A program made the position numbers and the translations under genes. DNA of 64,000 bases, taken from contig JAVZJY010000001.1 of NCBI GenBank assembly GCA_038872535.1, forward strand, positions 6,108 to 70,107, given 5' to 3'. The notes beneath the pieces were generated by a model. The model was not told where the DNA came from and did not search any database. It saw only the letters and a list, made by a program, of their open reading frames with translations. This DNA is from Candidatus Bathyarchaeia archaeon (lineage in GTDB: Archaea; Thermoproteota; Bathyarchaeia; Bathyarchaeales; Bathycorpusculaceae). Positions 53,557-61,393 of the stretch are shown piece by piece (position 1 is the stretch's first letter; each line of letters begins with the position of its first letter).

Positions 53557-54540
53557 TTAATCCTTTTTTGGCATCACCAAATCCGCTATGTCGACACTGT
53601 GCTCATAAATCTGCCTTAACATTGAAGCCACAGCAAGTATATTGGGCATAATATCAAGAGGTTGCTCCTTGGCAACCTTTTCTATGCTGGCAAATATTTT
53701 TTCAACTTTCTCCCTAACACCACGCACATTCTCAGCTAAACCCACATCACCTGTCAGAAAAGCCTTCAAAGCATCCTCATGAGCTTGGAAACAAGCAAGG
53801 TGAAGCTCAACTAAAGTTTTCTTAAAGTTTTCAGCTAACGTTTTTCCTTTTAACTCATTTGCTTTTAATGCCATCCGAACACATTCATCACCGATGGCTT
53901 CCACCAAACTTGCCACAAGACGATAGTCTAAGCATTCGATGGGGCGAACACCAAGTTTCTCGCTTAGACTTGGGTTTTGAATTATAGTGCGGAGAATACG
54001 AACCAAAAGGAAATACAACCTGTTAACCTCGTCGTCGCGGGCTATAACACCCTTTGCTAAATGCAAGTCTCCATCAACCAAGGCGTTAACAACATCACGG
54101 TGCATGCCAGCAGCAATAGTGTAGCCTCTTCGAAGAATTTTTTCAGGTGGAAAACCAGAGGGCTCCAGCAAGCATTGCAAAACTATGCGGGAATAGTTTT
54201 CCTCAACAATTTCTAATCCAATAAGTCGACTGACAGCATTCTTAACTATGTCACGAACCTCAAAGCTAATACGCTCTTTAGCTTCAATGGTGATAATGTC
54301 GAACCCCAGTAGATACTTAGCTATAATTTCACGATTCAGATAAGGGCTAGGCCCCAAAGTAACCGTGCGCGGAGAAAACTCAGCCCCATATTCGGGATCT
54401 ATCAGAAGTTTGCCTTCGCTGGTTTCACTGACAGCAACCACAGAGCCTGGTTTAAAGCCATGGCGTTCAGCCCAACGTTTGGGTAAACAAACGAAAAATG
54501 TGCCGCTTGGAGTGCGTTGAACTTTGCGTAACTCACTCAT
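53557..54540 (-). CDS. phoU: PhoU-family phosphate regulator with N-terminal AbrB/SpoVT-like domain
   Basis: I prefer the start at MSELRKVQRTPSGTFFVCLPKRW (ATG 54540). Two PhoU-like helical repeats follow. Confidence 0.8.
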   Translation of the reverse strand: MSELRKVQRTPSGTFFVCLPKRWAERHGFKPGSVVAVSETSEGKLLIDPEYGAEFSPRTVTLGPSPYLNREIIAKYLLGFDIITIEAKERISFEVRDIVKNAVSRLIGLEIVEENYSRIVLQCLLEPSGFPPEKILRRGYTIAAGMHRDVVNALVDGDLHLAKGVIARDDEVNRLYFLLVRILRTIIQNPSLSEKLGVRPIECLDYRLVASLVEAIGDECVRMALKANELKGKTLAENFKKTLVELHLACFQAHEDALKAFLTGDVGLAENVRGVREKVEKIFASIEKVAKEQPLDIMPNILAVASMLRQIYEHSVDIADLVMPKKD

Positions 54541-54639
54541 CTTAACCGCCAACAGTAAAGTTGCTTCGCATACAGTAATATAAACGCATCTAAATAAAAA
54601 TTTAAAATACAAATGTAAGTGTGAGTGTTAGAATTGAAA

Positions 54640-55221
54640 ATGCTAATTATAATAGGTATAGACCTAGCCGGAAGCTCAAAAAATCCAACAGGGTGGGCGT
54701 TATGGAAGAATAAAACAGTAAAGACGAAAATAGTTTACACAAACAAGGAAATTATAGAGAGCGTTGTCACCAATAAACCCTCTATCATTGCGATAGACGC
54801 CCCCTTAAGGCTTCCAAAAAAGGGGATTTTAAGAAGCGCCGATAAAGAAATGATAAAGAGGGGGTATAGAGTTTTTCCGCCAACTCTTCCAGCAATGAAA
54901 AAACTGACATTGCGGGCTATGAAAATAAACAAGTTAATAGTGGAGAAGGGATACAAAACAATAGAAGTGCATCCCACATCAACACGGAAAGCCTTGAACA
55001 TGCCATTAAAAGATTGGGGAAAAATTCAAACACCCTTAAAAGATATAGGAGTAAAAGGAGACATCGAAACACGCCGTTTAACACCTCACGAAATCGACGC
55101 CGTAACTGCAGCTCTAACAGCATACCTTCAAATACAAAACCAAACAGAATCCGTCGGAGATGAAGAAGAAGGCTACATAATCGTCCCTAAAAAATTGGAT
55201 TGGAGAAACCTCAAAATATGA
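54640..55221 (+). CDS. DUF429 protein (predicted RNase H-fold nuclease)
   Basis: MLIIIGIDLAG...IIAIDAPL motifs. The stop overlaps the polD small-subunit ATG (ATGA at 55218-55221). Confidence 0.7.
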   Translation: MLIIIGIDLAGSSKNPTGWALWKNKTVKTKIVYTNKEIIESVVTNKPSIIAIDAPLRLPKKGILRSADKEMIKRGYRVFPPTLPAMKKLTLRAMKINKLIVEKGYKTIEVHPTSTRKALNMPLKDWGKIQTPLKDIGVKGDIETRRLTPHEIDAVTAALTAYLQIQNQTESVGDEEEGYIIVPKKLDWRNLKI

Positions 55222-56771
55222 GCCAAAATGAAAAGTTGCATAAAGCTGTAGAATTAACGATTGAGGCAGGCTACCAACTCGACAAAGAAGCCTTCGAATT
55301 CCTAAGCACTGTAGCAGCAACAGAAGACCCAACCGAAATCATAAACAAAGTTATACAAAAAATAGAGACTCTAAGGGAAAAACCATTATTTATCGGCAAA
55401 AACCTTCTGGAACAACTGATAAAGGAGCAGAAACCGCCAGAAGAACCATTTCCACAGCAACTAGAACCACCGCAAACATTACTAGAAAATCCGCCAATTC
55501 TTGGGAAGGGAAAATTCCACTCTTTTGCAAAAGATGTTGAGGCGCGTATCAAGGTTATTGACAATCCAGCAGAAAGGCTAAGCTCAAGTGGAACAATTGA
55601 GGATTATCTGGAATATTTCCGGGACAGGTTTAAGCGTATAGAAAAATTGTTAAGACAGCGAATGGATGTTAAAAGCGCCGCTTCCCTTATAGACGCATTA
55701 AAATCTCCTGCAAACACACGGTTGAAAGTAATTGGCATGATAACGGAAAAGAGGGAAGCAAAACAAAAAATCCTGTTAACAGTGGAAGACTTAAGTGCAA
55801 CCGTTACAATGTTAGTGCCTCAAAACGCATCAGAAGAAGTTCTAAAGAAGGCACGATGCCTCCTGCTTGACCAAGTTGTCTGCTTAAGCATTGTAAAGAC
55901 AAGAAGCAACCTTTTAATTGTTGAAGATATAATCTTACCAGACATAGCGCAAAGGACTCCTCATAAAGCTCCGATTCCAGTTTACGCTGTACTCACGTCT
56001 GATATGCATGTGGGCAGCACAAAATTCCAAAGAGAAGCTTTTAACCGTTTCTTGTTATGGCTTAACGGCAAATATGGAAACGAAAAAATGAGGGAAATAG
56101 CGAGCCATGTCAAATATGTTTTAGTGGCGGGCGACATTGTAGACGGCATAGGAATTTACCCAAACCAGGTGAAAGAGCTAGCAATAAAAGACGTTAACGA
56201 ACAGTATAGACTTGCTGGAAAATATTTCGAACAAATTCCAGACTACATAGAAGTGGCAATCATCCCAGGAAACCATGACGCCCCCAGAAAAGCCCTGCCC
56301 CAACCACCCATATCAAACACTTTCTTGGAAAAACTGCAAGAAACACGAAGGTTCTATTCCCTTGGAAACCCTTGTTTTCTCAGCCTTCATGATGTGGAAG
56401 TGTTACTATATCACGGGCGCAGCTTAGATGACATAATTCCCACAGTTCCCGACATGAATTCTAATCAGCCGGAAAAAGCAATGAAGCTAATGCTGCAAAG
56501 TCGTCATTTAGCACCAGTATATGGCGGAAAAACTCCGTTATCTCCTGAAAACAGAGACTGCCTAGTTATAGAACGGGTTCCCGACATTTTCCATGCTGGC
56601 CACATACATGCATTAGGCTACACAAATTATCGCGGAGTTTTAGTTGTAAACTCGGGCGGATGGCAAGAACAAACGGAATACATGAAAAGAATGGGGTTTG
56701 TCCCAACACCAGGGAAAGTTCCAGTTGTAAACCTTCAAACATTAGAAGTTAATGTCATCTCCTTCTGTTAA
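55218..56771 (+). CDS. polD1: DNA polymerase D small subunit (DP1)
   Basis: It has an OB-fold region plus a calcineurin-like phosphoesterase core (LTSDMHVGS, VAGDIVDG, GNHD, GHIH). I prefer the start at ATG 55218. Confidence 0.9.
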   Translation: MSQNEKLHKAVELTIEAGYQLDKEAFEFLSTVAATEDPTEIINKVIQKIETLREKPLFIGKNLLEQLIKEQKPPEEPFPQQLEPPQTLLENPPILGKGKFHSFAKDVEARIKVIDNPAERLSSSGTIEDYLEYFRDRFKRIEKLLRQRMDVKSAASLIDALKSPANTRLKVIGMITEKREAKQKILLTVEDLSATVTMLVPQNASEEVLKKARCLLLDQVVCLSIVKTRSNLLIVEDIILPDIAQRTPHKAPIPVYAVLTSDMHVGSTKFQREAFNRFLLWLNGKYGNEKMREIASHVKYVLVAGDIVDGIGIYPNQVKELAIKDVNEQYRLAGKYFEQIPDYIEVAIIPGNHDAPRKALPQPPISNTFLEKLQETRRFYSLGNPCFLSLHDVEVLLYHGRSLDDIIPTVPDMNSNQPEKAMKLMLQSRHLAPVYGGKTPLSPENRDCLVIERVPDIFHAGHIHALGYTNYRGVLVVNSGGWQEQTEYMKRMGFVPTPGKVPVVNLQTLEVNVISFC

Positions 56772-57325
56772 GATAAACCACGTGCAATCAATCGCGCAGC
56801 CCGAATGGGTTCTGGAACTCTTCCACAAAAACACAATGCCCGAATCATATTGGAAGCCCATTTAACGCTTGCACCCACTATTTCTACATATAATGGAGCC
56901 TCGCCGCTTCGAGTAACAATTTTGTGAATCGGTCCTAACTTTTGAAACACTTCCCAGCGCATTTCCCAGTCTTCAAAATGCTTTTTGAGGGCTTGCTTCA
57001 CGGCTCGGTTATCAGGTTTTGTTCGGGATATTATGATAACTGGCTTTTTGAATTTTTCATAAATTATTGTTGGATTGATGAGGTTAAAACCAGCGAAGGA
57101 TACTCCAGCAAGCATAATAGTAGTGAAATCCCATTCTTTTAGGACCTCGGCGAGTTTTTTCGTCGCATCTAACCCATCAACAGTTATTTTTACGACTTTC
57201 ACGTTTTCAATGTTGGCTTCTCTGAACAAAACTGCGGCAAGAAGCGCCTCTCGCGTTATGCCTTTCTGGAAACTTCCATCTTCAACTCCTACTGTTAGCA
57301 TGCTTTGAAAGGCTTTTTGCTTCAT
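56768..57325 (-). CDS. UPF0215/DUF99 protein (endonuclease V-fold)
   Basis: The VGVEDGSF motif is near the N-terminus. The start is uncertain (57325 or 57301). The gene overlaps the 3' end of cdc6 and the stop of polD1. Confidence 0.7.
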   Translation of the reverse strand: MKQKAFQSMLTVGVEDGSFQKGITREALLAAVLFREANIENVKVVKITVDGLDATKKLAEVLKEWDFTTIMLAGVSFAGFNLINPTIIYEKFKKPVIIISRTKPDNRAVKQALKKHFEDWEMRWEVFQKLGPIHKIVTRSGEAPLYVEIVGASVKWASNMIRALCFCGRVPEPIRAARLIARGLS

Positions 57326-58526
57326 ATTCCACCAGACGCCCAAGCCTATTGTCACTAGCGAAGACGTCTCTAATAAGAGTGCGAGCTATTTCCAGCCTAA
57401 TTTTTTTTGTTCTTCCATATCTTCCCATGCTTATAACCTTAGCATTTAACAGCCCCATCGAATCAAGTTCATTCACTAGCGTGCTTAACCGCCGCTGTGT
57501 TAGAGGTGTAACACTTAACTCTCCGCAAAGTTCAGCATAAACGTCATATATGTCGCCTGTGATGGCACTGTGAACATTTGCCCTATTCAAGTGGTACACG
57601 CTTAAAATCACAAGTTTTGAATGTAAAGTTAAGTTTCTAAGAGCCTCAACAACACGGTTGTGTTCAATGTGTTTTTCAGCCTCTCGGACATGTTCTTCAG
57701 TCACAACACTTGCGTCATTGCGTTCAGCAACTTCGCCAGCAACACGCAGCAAATCTAAAGCCCGTCTTGCATCCCCATGTTCTGCAGCCGCCAAAGCAGC
57801 GCATAAACCCAAAGCCGCCTCAGACAAAGCCCCATCACAAAATGCCAATCTTGCCCGTTCCAGCAGTATGTTACCCAATTCACTGGCGTCATAGGGTCTA
57901 AAAACAATCTCTTCCTCGCTGAGGGAGCTGAAAACACGCGGGTCAAGAAATTCCTTAAGCCGCAGGTCGTTTGATATGCCCACTAGTGATACTTTGCTTT
58001 TGCATAAATTCTCGTTTATTCTTGTCAACTCGTAAAGAAGCCTATCTCCGCGTACTTTCACTAAAGCATCAATTTCATCTAAAACAACAATAAAAACAAT
58101 TTTTAAACCATCCAAACCCGCTCTAAACCTATCAAAAACTTCGCCAACAGATAACCCTGTGAATGGAACATACACGCCTATGTTCTGGCACAGATTTGAA
58201 AAAACGCGATATTCAGACCCCGCCATGCGACAATTCACATAGCAGAATCTGACAGGCGCATTAAACTCCTTTGCTTTAGCCTCAAGATGGCTTAAAACAT
58301 ATTTCGCCACTGCTGTCTTGCCTGTTCCAGTTTTTCCATATACAAAAACGTTAGAGCCTCTAGAACCCTTCAAAACTGGGGCTACGATCTCTCCAAGTTG
58401 CCTAATCTGCTCTTCTCGATGGGGCAGCTTATCAGGTAAATAATCGTGCCGTAATACTTCCCTATCTTTGAAGATTTTATTATTGTAAACAAATCTTTTG
58501 AACACTTCGTCAAGGATGTGGTTCAC
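57282..58526 (-). CDS. cdc6: Orc1/Cdc6 replication initiator
   Basis: 414 aa with LPHREEQI, Walker A GKTGTGKT, Walker B VVLDEID and a C-terminal winged helix. Confidence 0.95.
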   Translation of the reverse strand: MNHILDEVFKRFVYNNKIFKDREVLRHDYLPDKLPHREEQIRQLGEIVAPVLKGSRGSNVFVYGKTGTGKTAVAKYVLSHLEAKAKEFNAPVRFCYVNCRMAGSEYRVFSNLCQNIGVYVPFTGLSVGEVFDRFRAGLDGLKIVFIVVLDEIDALVKVRGDRLLYELTRINENLCKSKVSLVGISNDLRLKEFLDPRVFSSLSEEEIVFRPYDASELGNILLERARLAFCDGALSEAALGLCAALAAAEHGDARRALDLLRVAGEVAERNDASVVTEEHVREAEKHIEHNRVVEALRNLTLHSKLVILSVYHLNRANVHSAITGDIYDVYAELCGELSVTPLTQRRLSTLVNELDSMGLLNAKVISMGRYGRTKKIRLEIARTLIRDVFASDNRLGRLVEYEAKSLSKHANSRS

Positions 58527-58555
58527 ATTAATTCCTCAATGATTTTTAGTGGTAA

Positions 58556-58577
58556 CACCCCATTTTCTGATAGAAAA
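58556..58577 (-). promoter_or_regulatory. ORB-like box 1 (weak)
   Basis: The plus strand reads caccccattttctgatagaaaa. It has the G-string but a degenerate dyad. Confidence 0.35.
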
Positions 58578-58672
58578 ATAAGTTCTGTCATACAGAAAAC
58601 TAAATGTACAACACAAAAATCCTAAAAGAAGAAGATTTTTGCATCACTTGCTATTGTATTGAATGTGAGACG

Positions 58673-58695
58673 CACCCCACAATTTCTTTTGGAAC
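58673..58695 (-). promoter_or_regulatory. ORB-like box 2
   Basis: The minus strand reads GTTCCAAAAGAAATTGTGGGGTG. Confidence 0.55.
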
Positions 58696-58852
58696 TCTGT
58701 AAGTTAGTAGCATAATTACCTTTGATTTCTATTAGATAGAAATATACTCTGAAAGGTTAGAGACCACAAAACTTACTATAATACTTATTGTAAAAGATTT
58801 TTGACAGTTAACTAAAAAATATACAAAGTAAAATGTTTGAGATGAGCAAAAC

Positions 58853-58875
58853 ATTCCAAAGGAAATGAAGGGGTG
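58853..58875 (+). promoter_or_regulatory. ORB-like box 3
   Basis: The plus strand reads ATTCCAAAGGAAATGAAGGGGTG. It is inverted relative to box 2 and matches it at 17 of 23 positions. Confidence 0.6.
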
Positions 58876-59106
58876 TCGCTGCATGATAACTTTGATGTAA
58901 AAGTCAAAAGTTTAGACTTTCCCTTTTACTTTTACTCCTTACTTAACCAATATAGAAGTTCTAAATGCTTTCTTCAATAACGATTTGCTTACTTCATTTT
59001 TGTTCACAACTTGTAAAGACCTTGTGAAATTGACTTAACAACGCCTCTTTTCCAACTCCACTTTCCTCAATATTGACTTTTTCTTGTCTCTTTTCTGTAA
59101 AATAGT

Positions 59107-59130
59107 CACCCCTTCTCTTCTACTGGAAAT
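59107..59130 (-). promoter_or_regulatory. ORB-like box 4
   Basis: The minus strand reads ATTTCCAGTAGAAGAGAAGGGGTG. Confidence 0.5.
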
Positions 59131-59327
59131 AGGCGTTGTTTTAGTTCTCTTTTTTCTTTTTCTATTTAGAAGCAGTGTGAAGTCTGTAGAGTTAAAAGCT
59201 TTAAAAAAATTCCTTTTTTTCCTTTTTTACACTTTTAATGCCAATTTTCTTTCTTTCATTTTTACCATAACAGCTATAACTTGTGAACTGTAAAATTGTG
59301 AAATACCTTAGCAGGTGTACACCACAG

Positions 59328-59759
59328 ATGCCCGCTAAAAAAATGCGTGTTGAACTGTTCGATAGTGAAGGCAATAAATATACTGTGTCTTTTGAAGGAC
59401 AAATAACCAGAGAAAAAGCTCTTCGCTTATTGGATATGGTGGAACTTCTAGGTGGAGTATCTGCTGGTGAGAGAAATCCAGAAAGTAATAATCCGACTGT
59501 CACAAATCAACTTGATAAGTACAGCAAAGTGCGAATGATAATTCAGAAGCATTTTCCGTTGGTTTGGTTTTCTTCGCGGGAGGTTCAACTGGTTTATGAG
59601 CAAGAACTAAAAGAACCAATAAGCCTAAGCACTGTAGCAACATACCTTTACAGAATGGCGAGTAAGGGTATGCTTTCTAAAGCGGGGAATTCCAATCGCT
59701 TGAAATACAGATTGGCGCTAAGTTACCCACAATTAGCGCCTAAACAAGAAATACCATGA
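59328..59759 (+). CDS. Hypothetical protein with C-terminal winged-helix-like domain
   Basis: I prefer the start at ATG 59328 (MPAKKMRVELF). The C-terminal region (SSREVQLVYEQ...ISLSTVATYLYRMASKGMLSK..NRLKYRL) looks like a wHTH. Confidence 0.5.
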   Translation: MPAKKMRVELFDSEGNKYTVSFEGQITREKALRLLDMVELLGGVSAGERNPESNNPTVTNQLDKYSKVRMIIQKHFPLVWFSSREVQLVYEQELKEPISLSTVATYLYRMASKGMLSKAGNSNRLKYRLALSYPQLAPKQEIP

Positions 59760-59787
59760 TAAAACCTTAAATGCGTTTTCGCATGAC

Positions 59788-60507
59788 TTATAGGGCTTCG
59801 CTTTCCTTCTTTTTCAAAAGATTTTCCATTTCCTTTTTCACGTTATACTTAAAAGGAATTTTGCTTGTATCCCTCTCCAAGTAACCTCCTTCATAAAGCT
59901 TCTTCATCAAGCGGGCCGTATGTTCCCGGCTGAGTTTAATGCGATCTTTTATCTCGGGTGCAGTTTTAGGGCCTTCTGAAGCCAACATTTCTAGGACGGA
60001 CAATTCGGTTTCTGTTAGTGGGGCTAAGGCTTTCTCTCTTTTTATGGGTATTACCGCTTCGATTTTTGCCTCTGGAACTATAGAGAGTTGACGTGTTTGT
60101 TCTTCTATTTCGGAAACTTTTGAAGCTAACTTTTCATGTGCTGTGGAAAGGGCACTTACTTTCTCGTCTACTTCACCAAGTTTTGCTGATACCTTCTCTC
60201 TATGCTCCAAAACTTCACTAAGCTTTCCCTCTAAAGAATGCACTATTTTATGTGTTTCTTCCGCTTTGTCCAGAGCCTTCTCACTTTTTGAAGAAATTGC
60301 TTCGACTTTATAAGCAATTAACTCCGTCCTTTCCGCCTCCTGTCTTAACTGCCTATTAAAACTCAAAACAATGTCACCGATTATTTCCTTACTCTTCTCG
60401 TATTCTCTTCTAACTTTTTGCAGCTGCCTATAATACTCAAAAGCAGCACAAACAGTTAAGACAAGTAAACTTCCCGCAATAACCAAAACATCATCCAAAC
60501 GAAACAC
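59788..60507 (-). CDS. Membrane-anchored coiled-coil protein with C-terminal MarR-like wHTH
   Basis: 239 aa with a GTG start. An N-terminal TM (VLVIAGSLLVLTVCAAF) is followed by about 130 aa of heptad-rich helix. The C-terminus reads LTETELSVLEMLASEGPKTAPEIKDRIKLSREHTARLMKKLYEGGYLER. Confidence 0.6.
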   Translation of the reverse strand: MFRLDDVLVIAGSLLVLTVCAAFEYYRQLQKVRREYEKSKEIIGDIVLSFNRQLRQEAERTELIAYKVEAISSKSEKALDKAEETHKIVHSLEGKLSEVLEHREKVSAKLGEVDEKVSALSTAHEKLASKVSEIEEQTRQLSIVPEAKIEAVIPIKREKALAPLTETELSVLEMLASEGPKTAPEIKDRIKLSREHTARLMKKLYEGGYLERDTSKIPFKYNVKKEMENLLKKKESEAL

Positions 60508-60782
60508 CTCTGTGATTTGGGTGTGATTACGTTTACTTTAAACACGTTACATCACACATCACAGTTCTAACATAAAAGATTTAAAGATTACGGTAAGAGC
60601 ATGGCTTTCAAGGAGCAATGACGTCACACATCACAGCCACAACTATGCTTACCTGCAAACTAACAGCATTACTTGAAAAGTTAGTTTTTGAACTATTTTT
60701 AACTTTTAGCCTTATTTTTGCTCTAGATACGTAATACTTTTAATGTTTTTATTTAGGCCATGATGTGATTTGTGACGTCACG
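60508..60782. promoter_or_regulatory. Repeat-rich intergenic region (ATCACA/TGTGAT half-sites and two TGACGTCA palindromes)
   Basis: tcacacatcacag occurs at 60552-60564 and 60624-60636. TGACGTCA is at 60619-60626, and GTGACGTCAC is at 60772-60781. TGTGAT is at 60511, 60522 and 60764. Confidence 0.45.
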
Positions 60783-61344
60783 CAATGCCTTCTGATGGAT
60801 TTGAAAGCTTTTTCAAGCTATTTTCCAGTTCCTCTCTAACCATTTTTATAAGTTTTAGGTGTTCATCGAGTTCTTCGCTTTTGTTTGGTATGTTTTTGTA
60901 TGCTTCCATAAAGTCATGCAATTTGTTGGCTATTTCCAGGTACGGGTCAAGTGTTGTGTCTTCAAACACTCCTAAGTATCCTAGTAGCAGTATAGTGTAT
61001 ATTGATTTTATGACATTTTCTTTTGCTTGTTTTAATGTTCTGTTAAAGGCTCCTCGGCTTATTTTTGCCTTTGATAACCGTAACCTGGCTTTTTCATCGT
61101 ATTTTAGTGATTTACCCGAGACATTTTCAGCCAATATATCAATAAGCAATGTTTCAAGCTGGGTTTTTGTTAATTGACTATTTTTGGCAAGTATTTTTAC
61201 AATAGGGTCATTTAATGAGCTTATTAACCACGCCTGAACGCTTTCTTTAAGCTTCAAACTTTTCTCCTCACTGACCTTCTTAGATGGATACACTTTTGTA
61301 TACTGTCTCCTTTTAAAACTATCGAAGTGCATGACAAAAATCAT
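60778..61344 (-). CDS. Hypothetical protein with sigma-70 region-4/YlxM-like HTH
   Basis: 188 aa. LTKTQLETLL...KISRGAFNRTLKQAKENVIKSI resembles a region-4-type HTH. Confidence 0.5.
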   Translation of the reverse strand: MIFVMHFDSFKRRQYTKVYPSKKVSEEKSLKLKESVQAWLISSLNDPIVKILAKNSQLTKTQLETLLIDILAENVSGKSLKYDEKARLRLSKAKISRGAFNRTLKQAKENVIKSIYTILLLGYLGVFEDTTLDPYLEIANKLHDFMEAYKNIPNKSEELDEHLKLIKMVREELENSLKKLSNPSEGIA

Positions 61345-61393
61345 GTTTTATCAACACAAACATTTTATGCTAAAGAAAACAGTGTAGGATGAG

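Larger units (their letters stand above)
58527..59282. other. Probable replication origin (oriC) region
   Basis: A 756-bp non-coding, AT-rich stretch lies immediately upstream of cdc6. It has four ORB-like boxes, and two inverted boxes flank a very AT-rich ~155-bp segment (58696-58852). Confidence 0.6.
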
